Positions 49,282 to 59,248 of a DNA stretch of 64,000 nucleotides are shown one piece after another. The position numbers and the translations under genes are program-made. Under the pieces are notes generated by a model that worked only from the letters and a program-made list of their open reading frames with translations, did not search any database and was not told the DNA's origin. The DNA is from an uncultured Thermodesulfobacteriota bacterium (lineage in GTDB: Bacteria; Desulfobacterota; Anaeroferrophillalia; Anaeroferrophillales; Anaeroferrophillaceae): positions 7,943-71,942 of the forward strand of contig CAYZIS010000001.1 of NCBI GenBank assembly GCA_964478545.1. Direction: 5' to 3'. Position 1 is the first letter of the stretch. Every line of letters begins with the position of its first letter.

Positions 49282-49731
49282 TTAACGGTAATTCTCCATC
49301 AATTTTTTCACCTGACCTGGAGTCATATCACCATGATACTCCTGATCAGTCACAACCACCGGTCCAAGGGCACAAGCTCCCAGGCAGTTAACCGTCTCCA
49401 AACTAAATTTCTGATCGGAGCTCGTTTCACCACTGGCAATCCCCAGCTGCCGCTCCAACTCATCAAGAATCCGGTCAGAACCACGAACATGGCAGGCAGT
49501 TCCCACGCAGACACTAATAATATGTTCACCTTTCGGTTCCAGGCTGAAAGCCTTGAAAAAGGTCGCTATCCGGTAGACACGGGTCAGTGGAATTTCAAGA
49601 GCAGCAGCCAATCCCCGCAAATCTTCTTCCGGCAGATAGCGCTTGGCACTCTGAATATCCTGCAGCATAGCGATGATCTGTGACGGATCAGATCCATACT
49701 TGACAATAATATCCTTGACAGTCAGTTCCAT
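49282..49731 (-). CDS. NuoE/HoxE-like [2Fe-2S] thioredoxin-like subunit
   Basis: 'ISVCVGTACHVRGS', 'CLGACALGP'. Confidence 0.85.
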   Translation of the reverse strand: MELTVKDIIVKYGSDPSQIIAMLQDIQSAKRYLPEEDLRGLAAALEIPLTRVYRIATFFKAFSLEPKGEHIISVCVGTACHVRGSDRILDELERQLGIASGETSSDQKFSLETVNCLGACALGPVVVTDQEYHGDMTPGQVKKLMENYR

Positions 49732-49734
49732 AGC

Positions 49735-50670
49735 CTAGCCCTCACTCATTTCTATTTTTTTCAACAGCCGCTCATAATTAGCATCAACATACTGCTGAAT
49801 AAATTCAATACTTTTCTCTTTTAGATGACGAAAACGACCCTGAGGTTTAAGGTAATCTATGACCGGTCGATGATGTTTGTATGCGACTGTCATTTTATAT
49901 TGACCGTCCACCACCTCATAGAGGGGAAATACTTTTGTTTCAACCGCCAAACGACCAATGGATAATGCCAAATTAGGAGCCAAACGCCAACCGGTGGGGC
50001 AAGGTGTCAGCACATGGAGATAAGCCGGTCCCTTAACATCTGCTGCTTTTCGCACTTTTTCCATCAAATCAAAGGGATAGCTGGGACTGGCCGTCGCCAC
50101 ATAAGGAATATCATGGGCAACAGCAATTTCGGCCATATTCTTTTTCATCGTCACCTGGCCAATACTTTCTTTACCGGCAGGGGAAGTTGTCGTAGAAGCC
50201 CCATAAGGGGTGGCACTTGAACGCTGTATTCCAGTATTCATATAAGCTTCATTATCATAGCAGATATAGGTAAAATCATGCCCACGCTCCAAAGCTCCGG
50301 AAAGTGCCTGCAGGCCGATATCGACGGTCCCGCCATCACCCGCCTGAGCAATAATTTTAATCTCCCGGTCTACCGGATACTTCCCCTTTTTCTTCAGAAT
50401 TTTGATCCCGGATTCTATCCCGGAAGCAACCGCGGCAGCATTTTCAAAGGCCACGTGGATCCAGGGAACTTTCCAGGCTGTATGGGGGTATGAAGAAGTA
50501 ACGATCTCCAAACAACCGGTAGCATTGGCAATAATAAAATCATGACCCAGGGTTTTAGCTACCAGGCGAGCAGCCAGGAGTTCGGCACAACCCTGACAGG
50601 CCCGATGTCCAGGGGCCAGGGATTCCCGCTGCGGTGCCAGTTTAGCGGCATATACATTGAAGGCATCCAT
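49735..50670 (-). CDS. porB: 2-oxoacid:ferredoxin oxidoreductase beta subunit, locus 2
   Basis: '[10 protein letters not shown]', '[16 protein letters not shown]', '[18 protein letters not shown]'. Confidence 0.9.
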   Translation of the reverse strand: MDAFNVYAAKLAPQRESLAPGHRACQGCAELLAARLVAKTLGHDFIIANATGCLEIVTSSYPHTAWKVPWIHVAFENAAAVASGIESGIKILKKKGKYPVDREIKIIAQAGDGGTVDIGLQALSGALERGHDFTYICYDNEAYMNTGIQRSSATPYGASTTTSPAGKESIGQVTMKKNMAEIAVAHDIPYVATASPSYPFDLMEKVRKAADVKGPAYLHVLTPCPTGWRLAPNLALSIGRLAVETKVFPLYEVVDGQYKMTVAYKHHRPVIDYLKPQGRFRHLKEKSIEFIQQYVDANYERLLKKIEMSEG

Positions 50671-51848
50671 TATTCCCTCACTCCTATCATTTTATATTCG
50701 TGAACTTCTTGCTCAGCTTCCATCTTTTCAGCCAGGTTTACCATATCCATAAAATCCTGGATGGTCACATCCCGACCACCAAGACCGGCGATGAAACTGG
50801 CGACATAGGGTCTGTCCTCAGTGGAATAAAGGGCAGAGCGAATCTCGCCACCCACCGGGCCTCCCGTGCCACCAAAAGATACAGCCCGGTCAATCACCGC
50901 CAGGGTTTTGATGCCTTTTACCATCTCCCGCAATTCCTGTACCGGGAATGGCCGCCAAAGACGCAAACGGAGAAGTCCAACCTTTTTACCCTGCTCATCT
51001 TTCATAATATCAATGGCTTCCATAGCTGTCTCACCAATGCTACCCATGGTCAGCAGCACAGTCTCTGCATCTTCCGTCCGGTAGGATTCAATCACCTTGT
51101 AATAGCGGCCAAAACGATCGCCAAAATCCTTAAATACTTCTTTGATGACCTCTTTTGATTCTATGAGAGCCACATCCTGGGCTTTTTTCGCCTCAAAATA
51201 AATTTCAGGAATTCCCACTATCCCCATACTGACCGGTTTATCGGGATTAAGTTGAATAAGGGGATCGTAGGTTGGCAAAAACTGGTCAACCTCTTCCTGG
51301 CTGAGAAACTCGTGCGGCTCAATCACATGACTGAGAGTAAAACCATCAATGTTCACACTGATGGGCAACATCACCCGATGATCTTCCGCTATTTTGAATG
51401 ATTGCAGAGTCAGGTCAAAAGCTTCCTGGCCATTTTCGGCAAACATGGCAATCCAGCCGGTATCCCTGACGCTCATCAGATCGCTATGATCATTCCAGAT
51501 ACTGATAGGGCCGGACAATGCCCGATTGGCCAATGTCATCACGATAGGCAATCTCAATGCCGGGATGATAAAAAGTATTTCATTCATCAAGGCCAGGCCC
51601 TGGGAACTGGTTGCCGTATAGGTCCGGGCACCGGCGGCTGAAGTTCCGGCACAAACACTCATAGCTGAATGTTCCGATTCCACCGGAATAAACTCGGCAT
51701 TCAAATCACCATCAGCCACCAATTCTGATAAATGCTCCACTATGTGGGTCTGTGGAGTAATCGGATAAGCGGCAATGGCATCAACATCCGCCAGTTTCAC
51801 CGCCTCACTGATTGCCAGCGAGACTTCTATCCCTATTTTTTTTGCCAT
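50670..51848 (-). CDS. porA: 2-oxoacid:ferredoxin oxidoreductase alpha subunit, locus 2
   Basis: '[15 protein letters not shown]'. Start 'MAKKIGIEV' overlaps the porD stop (TGATG). Its stop overlaps the porB start. Confidence 0.9.
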   Translation of the reverse strand: MAKKIGIEVSLAISEAVKLADVDAIAAYPITPQTHIVEHLSELVADGDLNAEFIPVESEHSAMSVCAGTSAAGARTYTATSSQGLALMNEILFIIPALRLPIVMTLANRALSGPISIWNDHSDLMSVRDTGWIAMFAENGQEAFDLTLQSFKIAEDHRVMLPISVNIDGFTLSHVIEPHEFLSQEEVDQFLPTYDPLIQLNPDKPVSMGIVGIPEIYFEAKKAQDVALIESKEVIKEVFKDFGDRFGRYYKVIESYRTEDAETVLLTMGSIGETAMEAIDIMKDEQGKKVGLLRLRLWRPFPVQELREMVKGIKTLAVIDRAVSFGGTGGPVGGEIRSALYSTEDRPYVASFIAGLGGRDVTIQDFMDMVNLAEKMEAEQEVHEYKMIGVRE

Positions 51849-52141
51849 CACTTCTCCTCCTCTACCATGCTGATGCAACCAGTCCAGCACTCGGTGGCAC
51901 AAATCCCACAACCTTTACAGTGATCATAATCAAAGTCATAAGTGCCATCCGCAGCCAAATTGATGGCACCATCCGGACAAGACAGATAGCAGATCCCGCA
52001 CTTGATGCATTTGCTCTTATCGATAATTGGTTTTTGTGACCGCCAGTCACCGGTGCGATACTCCGCAGAACAACCGGGATTGGTAACCATAAAAGCAAGA
52101 CCAAACTCTTTCCAGGTCATCTCACTAAAGTTCTTAGCCAT
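51848..52141 (-). CDS. porD: 2-oxoacid:ferredoxin oxidoreductase delta subunit (2x[4Fe-4S] ferredoxin), locus 2
   Basis: 'CIKCGICYLSCPDGAI...CKGCGICATEC'. Confidence 0.88.
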   Translation of the reverse strand: MAKNFSEMTWKEFGLAFMVTNPGCSAEYRTGDWRSQKPIIDKSKCIKCGICYLSCPDGAINLAADGTYDFDYDHCKGCGICATECWTGCISMVEEEK

Positions 52142-52143
52142 TC

Positions 52144-52701
52144 TTATGACTCCTTTCCCGCCACTACCGTTTCTTTATATGCCCGTTTCATGGCCTTAAT
52201 ATTACGAGCCGCAATCCGGCCAAAGCGTTTTTCCAGTGGAGCAACCAGGGAATCTATCGAAATCACTTCTTTCCCTTTCACCAAAGCCCCCAACATGGTG
52301 GTATTGGTAATCGGCAATCCCAGTTCTTCCATGGCAATATGGGTTGCATCCACCTTGGCAATTGCGGTTTTGAAACCAAACTCCTGACGCAGCTCGTTAA
52401 TGGATTTACCGCTGTTAATCACCAGAATCCCGTCTTCCTTTAACCCGTCTTCCACGTCAACAATTTTCATCACCGATGGATCAAGGACAACCACAATATC
52501 CGGAGCATAGACTTTTGTCCGGTTCCGAATTTTGGTGTCGCTGACCCGGGCAAAAGCAATGACCGGTGCCCCCCGTCTTTCCGGGCCAAAACTCGGGAAG
52601 GCCTGGGCATATTTTCCTTCGCTAATGGCAGCTATAGCAAGCATTTCTGCAGAGGTTACCCCCCCCTGACCACCTCTTCCGTGAATCCTGACTTCAATCA
52701 T
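52144..52701 (-). CDS. porG: 2-oxoacid:ferredoxin oxidoreductase gamma subunit, locus 2
   Basis: 'MIEVRIHGRGGQGGVTSAEML...FPSFGPERRGAP'. Confidence 0.88.
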   Translation of the reverse strand: MIEVRIHGRGGQGGVTSAEMLAIAAISEGKYAQAFPSFGPERRGAPVIAFARVSDTKIRNRTKVYAPDIVVVLDPSVMKIVDVEDGLKEDGILVINSGKSINELRQEFGFKTAIAKVDATHIAMEELGLPITNTTMLGALVKGKEVISIDSLVAPLEKRFGRIAARNIKAMKRAYKETVVAGKES

Positions 52702-52768
52702 GAATATTCTCCTTCATCCCGGAATCCAGAACTAATAATTAATTTTCCTGGTACAAGCAACACCATCT

Positions 52769-53371
52769 TTATAATTTACATCGACCATTGATCGATTTTT
52801 CAATGGTTACCGGATCCATGTATTCAAAATCAGCCCCCACCGGCAAACCACATGCCGGCCGGCTTATATGGATGTTGAGTGGTTTGAGCAGTGCAGCAAT
52901 ATACATGGCAGTCACATTACCTTCAACCGTCAAATTAGTTGAAATGATTACCTCCTGGATCCGTTTGCGAACAACAAGATCCTTCAATCGGTTCAAGCGC
53001 AGGTCTTCAGGTCCCACCCCCTGTAACGGGGCCACTACCCCATGGAGGACAAAGTAATGACCTTTAAAAGCTCCCGATTTTTCAATCGCCGTCACATCTG
53101 CAGGAAATTCAACTACACACAACTGCTGGGCATCCCTAGAGGAATCAGAACATAAAGGACAGGGATCAACCTCAGTTAAATTCTGACAATTAGAACACAA
53201 TTGCAGGCGGGAGGTAACTTCATGAATAGCCTGCGACAAACGCACCGCCTCAGGAGGCGACATGCGGACAATGTGAAAAGCCAGGCGGTCTGCGGTTTTC
53301 CGACCCACCCCGGGCAATTTCATCAACTGTTCCACCAGCTTCTTGAGCGGTTCCGGATATTTATGCATCAC
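52769..53371 (-). CDS. recR: recombination protein RecR
   Basis: 'LPGVGRKTADRLAFHI' HhH. C4 zinc finger 'CSNCQNLTEVDPCPLC'. Toprim domain. Confidence 0.92.
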   Translation of the reverse strand: MMHKYPEPLKKLVEQLMKLPGVGRKTADRLAFHIVRMSPPEAVRLSQAIHEVTSRLQLCSNCQNLTEVDPCPLCSDSSRDAQQLCVVEFPADVTAIEKSGAFKGHYFVLHGVVAPLQGVGPEDLRLNRLKDLVVRKRIQEVIISTNLTVEGNVTAMYIAALLKPLNIHISRPACGLPVGADFEYMDPVTIEKSINGRCKL

Positions 53372-53585
53372 AACCTGATCCAGACCGGCGGACGCCCATA
53401 TAATCCATCATATTGCATGCAGCTACCCCAAGTCACCGGCTTTGTCAAGTGACATTTATATATTTCTATTCACAGATGTTTAAAAAATCCCATTGATCTC
53501 AAAGCAGGTTTTGACCCATCACCTCATACTGAACGCTCTCAACTGTCAGTAAAGCATTGGAAAAACAGATGGTTAGGCTGATTGC

Positions 53586-53613
53586 CCATCCGGAAACTGG
53601 TGTTTCCGGATGG
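53586..53613. other. perfect 12-bp-stem hairpin (CCATCCGGAAAC-TGGT-GTTTCCGGATGG) without a U-tract
   Basis: Read directly from the sequence. Lies just 3' of the epimerase gene on the minus strand. Confidence 0.5.
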
Positions 53614-53649
53614 AAACTAATTAAGTTTACCGAACACTACAGGTTACTG

Positions 53650-54048
53650 TTATTTTTGTGACAACTCGGTCAAAACACCCTTGGAACTTTTGGGGTGAAT
53701 AAACGCAACCTTCGCCTCATGGGCTCCCAATCGGGGAGATTCATCAATCATACGAGCCCCGTGTGCTTTCATGTTTTGGATTTCTGCTTCAATATCATCA
53801 GTAGCATAGCAGATATGATGAATACCTTCACCTTTTTTTTCTAAATATTTTGCCACCGGAGAATCCTCGCTGGTGGGCATCACCAGCTCAATATTTGTTT
53901 CTCCAATTTTAAAAAAAGCAACTTTGACCTTTTGATTCTCAACCTCGTCAACTCCCTGTAATTCCATCCCCAATACATCACGATAAAATTTTGAGGTTTC
54001 ATCAAGATCATGAACTGCAATACCAATATGATCAATTTTCTTCAGCAT
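53650..54048 (-). CDS. mce: methylmalonyl-CoA epimerase (glyoxalase/VOC fold)
   Basis: 'IDHIGIAVHDLD', 'GIHHICYATDDI'. Genomic context with mutase/MeaB. Confidence 0.85.
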   Translation of the reverse strand: MLKKIDHIGIAVHDLDETSKFYRDVLGMELQGVDEVENQKVKVAFFKIGETNIELVMPTSEDSPVAKYLEKKGEGIHHICYATDDIEAEIQNMKAHGARMIDESPRLGAHEAKVAFIHPKSSKGVLTELSQK

Positions 54049-54063
54049 TAGCTCCTCCAGTCG

Positions 54064-54999
54064 TCAGCCAATTATTTTGACGCCCATTTCCTTAAACAAT
54101 TTTTCAGCCCCTTCCAACGGAGTTATCTCTTTTTGATAAATATCTTTCACCACTTGTTCAAAGTCGGGATAAGCATTTGCCAACTCAACAATCCCATCCA
54201 TCAGATAAGTACATAATTCCTGTCTGACATTTGATTTAAATTTTTCCTGATCCAGACCTTTACCATGAACATACTCCCGGTGCCGGTAAATACCGGCCAG
54301 CAAATCGGCAATTCCCACATCATCCCTGGCAACCGTCGAGAAAATATCAGGCTTCCAATCCCCGGTAGACATATCAAGCATCACCCGAAGTTCGTTTACC
54401 AGTTTCGCTGCTCCTTCCCGATCAGCCTTGTTAACCGCGAAAACATCAGCTATTTCCAGCACCCCGGCCTTGGCAATCTGAACGGCATCCCCAAGTCCGG
54501 GAACCATCACCACAACCGTGGTATGGGCAATCTTGACAATATCGACCTCATCCTGACCAACGCCTACGGTTTCAACAATTATCACATCCTTGCCGGCGGC
54601 ATCAAGCAAGTGAATAACATCAACAGTGGTCTTGGCCAGCCCCCCCATATGGCTGCGAGTCGCCATGCTGCGAATAAATACCCCATCATCCAAAGCATGC
54701 TGCTGCATGCGAATTCGATCCCCAAGAATTGCGCCGCCGGAAAAAGGACTGGAGGGATCGACAGCAATAATGCCAACGGTCTTTCCCTGCTGTCGCAACA
54801 AAGCAATAAGTTTATCGGTCAGGGTACTTTTTCCGGCCCCGGGAGGCCCGGTAATACCAATGAGGTAAGCGTTGCCAGTTCGGGGAAAAATCGCTTTGAG
54901 CAATGCTTTCTTTCCGGGACGATCATTTTCAACTATGGTAATCGCTTTAGCCAACGATCTGACATTGCCACTCACCAATCCTTCAATAATATCAGTCAA
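54064..54999 (-). CDS. meaB: methylmalonyl-CoA mutase-associated GTPase MeaB/ArgK
   Basis: 'IGITGPPGAGKSTL', 'VDPSSPFSGGAILGDRIRM'. Confidence 0.9.
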   Translation of the reverse strand: MTDIIEGLVSGNVRSLAKAITIVENDRPGKKALLKAIFPRTGNAYLIGITGPPGAGKSTLTDKLIALLRQQGKTVGIIAVDPSSPFSGGAILGDRIRMQQHALDDGVFIRSMATRSHMGGLAKTTVDVIHLLDAAGKDVIIVETVGVGQDEVDIVKIAHTTVVVMVPGLGDAVQIAKAGVLEIADVFAVNKADREGAAKLVNELRVMLDMSTGDWKPDIFSTVARDDVGIADLLAGIYRHREYVHGKGLDQEKFKSNVRQELCTYLMDGIVELANAYPDFEQVVKDIYQKEITPLEGAEKLFKEMGVKIIG

Positions 55000-55215
55000 T
55001 CACTGCCTCTCTATTGGGAAATTTTACGATTTATTGCTGGCTTCGTAAAAACTCCATCTTCTTTGTTATACTGCCGCTCTAATTCGCCAGAGCAACAGGA
55101 AATATTTTGATAGTTAGCTCAAATGCGGATTACCTGAAATTCCGATATGAAGGTTTTTTGACCATGATTGTTCATGATCAAAACTTTTCAATCCTGATAT
55201 CGGAATGTCAGGGGT

Positions 55216-55626
55216 TTACTGATTCACCTGGTCGGTAATAAACTTTATGGTTTCATCAGTAGAAGATCCGGGCCGAAAGATCTCCTTGATACCAGCCTCT
55301 TTCAAACCGGCAATATCCCCATCAGGAATGATGCCGCCTCCAAAGACCAGGATATCCTCAGCACCTTTCTCCCTCAGCAATTTCACTACCTTGGGAAAAA
55401 GGTTATTATGGGCCCCTGAAAGACAGCTAAGCCCTACGGCATCTACGTCTTCCTGAATCGCCGTAGCCACAATCTGTTCGGGAGTCTGCCGAATCCCGGT
55501 ATATATAACCTCCATCCCGGCATCTCTCAACGCCCGGGCTACCACTCTGGCTCCCCGATCATGACCGTCCAAACCCGGTTTGCCAACTAGTACCTTTATC
55601 CTTTTAGCCATACCTCTTCCCTCCAT
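55216..55626 (-). CDS. methylmalonyl-CoA mutase small subunit (B12-binding domain)
   Basis: '[32 protein letters not shown]' (DxHxxG cobalamin motif). Confidence 0.9.
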   Translation of the reverse strand: MEGRGMAKRIKVLVGKPGLDGHDRGARVVARALRDAGMEVIYTGIRQTPEQIVATAIQEDVDAVGLSCLSGAHNNLFPKVVKLLREKGAEDILVFGGGIIPDGDIAGLKEAGIKEIFRPGSSTDETIKFITDQVNQ

Positions 55627-55645
55627 ATTTTAACAAGCCGGAATA

Positions 55646-57313
55646 CTACTGTTCCTGATATTCACCAAATACCTGACGTAAAACACCACAAACTTCACCC
55701 AGGCTAGCATACAACTTCACCGCCACCAGAATGGGAATCATCAGGTTTCCTCCCTCTTCAGCAACGACTTTCAGTTCTTGTAAGACTTTATTCACCGCTT
55801 CATTATCCCGGCTTTCTTTCACCTGCGCCAGTTTCTGCCGTTGCTTCACTTCCATCTCTGCCTTGACCGTCAGTAGATTCTCCGGAGGTGCTTCTTCAAT
55901 GGTAAATTTATTCACCCCAACAATAATCTGTTCCTTTGCTTCCACTGCTTTTTGATAGGCGTAGGCACTGTCACCAATTTCATTCTGAATATACCCAGCT
56001 TCTATGGCTTTAACCACTCCACCCAGATCATCTATTTTCTTAATATAGGCCAGGGCCTGCTTTTCAATCTTACTGGTCAGGGATTCGACCAAATAAGAAC
56101 CGGCCAGGGGATCAACACTGTCGGCAACTCCGCTTTCATAGGCAATAACCTGCTGGGTCCGCAAAGCAATCCGCACCGAATCCTCGGTGGGCAGGCATAA
56201 CGCCTCATCACGGGAATTGGTATGCAGGGAATTCGTTCCTCCCAGAACAGCTGCCAGAGCCTGCATAGTTACCCTGATCACATTATTATCGGGTTGTTGG
56301 GCGGTCAGGGAACAACCGGCAGTCTGGGTATGGAAACGCAGCATCATCGACGCTGGTTTCTTGGCTCCGAACCGTTCTTTCATCAGCCGGGCCCAAAGAC
56401 GACGGGCAGCTCTGAACTTAGCAACTTCTTCCAGGAATGGGTTGTGAACATTGAAGAAAAAGGATAACCGTTTGGCAAATACATCTACATCCAACCCTGA
56501 TTTTATCGCCGCATCAACGTAAGCCAGACCATCCGCCAGGGTAAAAGCAACCTCCTGAACCGCAGTGGATCCAGCCTCACGAATATGATAGCCACTGATA
56601 CTGATGGTATTCCAGTTGGGCAGATTATCTTTGCAGAAAGCAAAAATATCAGTGATAATTTTCATGGACGGTGACGGAGGAAAAATATAGGTGCCCCGGG
56701 CAAAATATTCTTTCAGGACATCATTCTGAATAGTACCCCGCAGTTGCTCTGGTGCAACCCCCTGTTTTTCAGCCACAGCGACATACATGGCCAGCAGGAC
56801 AGCCGCCGGGGCATTGATGGTCATCGAGGTACTTACTTTATCCAACGAAATTCCGTCAAAGAGCATTTCCATATCAGCAAGGGTATCAATGGCAACCCCA
56901 ACCTTTCCTACCTCCCCTTCAGAAAGCCCAAAATCGGAATCATAACCAATCTGGGTCGGCAGATCAAAAGCTACACTTAAACCTGTCTGACCATTTTCCA
57001 GCAAATACTTATATCTTTTATTAGTTTCCTCTGCCGAGCCAAAACCGGCATACTGACGCATGGTCCAGAAACGAGCCCGATACATGGTCGGCTGAACCCC
57101 ACGGGTAAAAGGATAAACGCCCGGGAAACCGATATCTTCGGTATAATTTACCTGTTCCACATCTTCCGGGGTAAATAGGCGCTTCATTTCGATACCGGAG
57201 GTGGTCGCAAAATTTTCCCGACGTTCAGGAAAGCGGGCACAGGCCTTATCAACCAATTCCTGCCACTGCTGTTGGCGTTGCTGGAATGCTTGTTTATGCT
57301 CACTACAGGTCAT
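55646..57313 (-). CDS. methylmalonyl-CoA mutase large (catalytic TIM-barrel) subunit
   Basis: 'RMFAGFG...[34 protein letters not shown]'. 555 aa, split-type mutase. Confidence 0.9.
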   Translation of the reverse strand: MTCSEHKQAFQQRQQQWQELVDKACARFPERRENFATTSGIEMKRLFTPEDVEQVNYTEDIGFPGVYPFTRGVQPTMYRARFWTMRQYAGFGSAEETNKRYKYLLENGQTGLSVAFDLPTQIGYDSDFGLSEGEVGKVGVAIDTLADMEMLFDGISLDKVSTSMTINAPAAVLLAMYVAVAEKQGVAPEQLRGTIQNDVLKEYFARGTYIFPPSPSMKIITDIFAFCKDNLPNWNTISISGYHIREAGSTAVQEVAFTLADGLAYVDAAIKSGLDVDVFAKRLSFFFNVHNPFLEEVAKFRAARRLWARLMKERFGAKKPASMMLRFHTQTAGCSLTAQQPDNNVIRVTMQALAAVLGGTNSLHTNSRDEALCLPTEDSVRIALRTQQVIAYESGVADSVDPLAGSYLVESLTSKIEKQALAYIKKIDDLGGVVKAIEAGYIQNEIGDSAYAYQKAVEAKEQIIVGVNKFTIEEAPPENLLTVKAEMEVKQRQKLAQVKESRDNEAVNKVLQELKVVAEEGGNLMIPILVAVKLYASLGEVCGVLRQVFGEYQEQ

Positions 57314-57388
57314 GTTTCTACCCTCCTTCTGGATGATATCTGTTAACAGCCGGATCTAACTCTCCTGAAAATCCTCTGCCATAGCTTA

Positions 57389-58942
57389 TTACAGCGGAAT
57401 GTTACTATGTTTTTTATATGGTGTTTCCTGCTCTTTATCCTGGAGCATATCCAATGCCCGAATAATTTTTATCCGGGTCATTTCAGGTTTAATCACTTCA
57501 TCGACAAAACCGTAGGAGGCTGCCCGGTAGGGGTTGGCAAACTTCTGTCGATAATCATCCACCAGTTCCTGACGACGAGCGATGGGATCCTCGGCATTTT
57601 TAAGCTCTTTATTGAAAACAATATTAACCGCACCATCAGGACCCATTACTGAAAATTCCGCCGTAGGATAAGCAAAATGGATATCGGAACGAAGTTGCTT
57701 GGATGACATGGCACAGTAGGCTCCGCCATATGACTTACGAGTGGTAATGGTAATTTTGGGAACTGTGGACTCGGCATAGGCAAAAATTATTTTTGCCCCA
57801 TGACGAATGATGCCACCATATTCCTGGGCCGTACCCGGCAAGAAACCAGGCACATCCACAAATGTCAGGATAGGAATATTAAAACAGTCACAAAAGCGGA
57901 TGAAACGTGAACATTTATCAGATGCATTAATATCCAGACAACCAGCCATAAAATTAGGCTGGTTAGCGACAATCCCCACAGATTCACCATTAAACCGGGC
58001 GAAGCCAATTACCATATTCCGCGCGTACCGTGGCTGAACTTCAAAAAACTCATTATAATCTGCCACCCCTTTAATAATCTTCTTAATATCGTAGGGTCTC
58101 CGGGAATCAGCCGGCACCACTTCATTCAATTCAGGCAACACCTGCTCCACTTCGCCGTCATAGGGAAAGAGCGGAGCTTTTTCTCGATTGCTCTGCGGCA
58201 GATAACTCAATAATTTTTTTATCGTTTCTATGGTACCCTGATCATTTTTAGCGGCCAGGTGGGCAACACCACTAATCGACATATGGGTCGAGGCACCCCC
58301 TAACTTTTCCTGAGTTACCTCTTCGTTGGTTACCGTCTTAATCACATTTGGCCCGGTAATAAACATGTAGCTGGTTTTTTCCGTCATCACCACAAAATCC
58401 ATAATTGCCGGAGAATAGACGGCGCCACCGGCACAAGGCCCAAGAATCCCGGAAATCTGGGGAACAACCCCGGAATAAATGGTATTCCGGTAGAACAGTT
58501 CAGCATATCCTCCCAGGCTGGCAACCCCTTCGTGAATTCTGGCTCCACCGGAATCGTTGAACCCAACAAACGGAGCCCCGGCAGTTGCAGCCATATCCAG
58601 AACCTTGCAGATTTTCTGGGCATTGGTTTCACTTAAGGTCCCGCCAATGGCAGTAAAATCCTGGGCAAAAGCAAAAGTAAGACGACCATTTACTTTCCCG
58701 TATCCACTTACCAAGCCATCGCCAATGATAGTCTTTTTCTCCATGCCAAAATCTGTACAGCGATGGGTAATAAATTTATCGATTTCTTCAAAGGTTCCAG
58801 CATCGAAAAAATCCAGCATCCTTTCGCGAGCGGTCATTTTTCCAGCATCGTGCTGCTTTTGAATGCGGGCTTCTCCGCCACCAAGTTCTGCTGACTGATT
58901 CATTTCATCCAACCGGGCAATGGCTTTTTCGTATTGCGTCAT
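57389..58942 (-). CDS. methylmalonyl-CoA carboxyltransferase / propionyl-CoA carboxylase beta subunit
   Basis: 'GGARIHEGVASLGGYAE'. Carboxyltransferase N and C domains. 517 aa. Confidence 0.9.
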   Translation of the reverse strand: MTQYEKAIARLDEMNQSAELGGGEARIQKQHDAGKMTARERMLDFFDAGTFEEIDKFITHRCTDFGMEKKTIIGDGLVSGYGKVNGRLTFAFAQDFTAIGGTLSETNAQKICKVLDMAATAGAPFVGFNDSGGARIHEGVASLGGYAELFYRNTIYSGVVPQISGILGPCAGGAVYSPAIMDFVVMTEKTSYMFITGPNVIKTVTNEEVTQEKLGGASTHMSISGVAHLAAKNDQGTIETIKKLLSYLPQSNREKAPLFPYDGEVEQVLPELNEVVPADSRRPYDIKKIIKGVADYNEFFEVQPRYARNMVIGFARFNGESVGIVANQPNFMAGCLDINASDKCSRFIRFCDCFNIPILTFVDVPGFLPGTAQEYGGIIRHGAKIIFAYAESTVPKITITTRKSYGGAYCAMSSKQLRSDIHFAYPTAEFSVMGPDGAVNIVFNKELKNAEDPIARRQELVDDYRQKFANPYRAASYGFVDEVIKPEMTRIKIIRALDMLQDKEQETPYKKHSNIPL

Positions 58943-58954
58943 TCAATCCCCCTT

Positions 58955-59100
58955 GGGTCAACTAAATTGAGCTATTAGTTTAATGATTACAGGATTACAA
59001 ACTATCACCCGTTTAGTGCTATCTCTTATTAACGTAACGCCTTGATTTTTCAACGCTAAACGCCAATGGCAAACAGCTAATCGCTAAATCGGGTGCAATT
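58955..59100. repeat. Family-1 heptad-arm module (TTAGCNN repeats in both orientations) without a core
   Basis: 'AGCTATTAGTTTAATGATTACAG...TTATTAACGTAACGCCTTGATTTTT...' aligns with 2700-2830. Confidence 0.65.
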
Positions 59101-59248
59101 TTCATACATAAAGGTGGATAAACTCTTAGACATTGTATACAATATTACAGACTAACTTTTATTGTCAAGCACAAATCAGCCATAATACCATCGGGAAAGG
59201 GGACTTCTGCCAAACATCATTAGCCTGAACACAGAGTATAACTACCTA

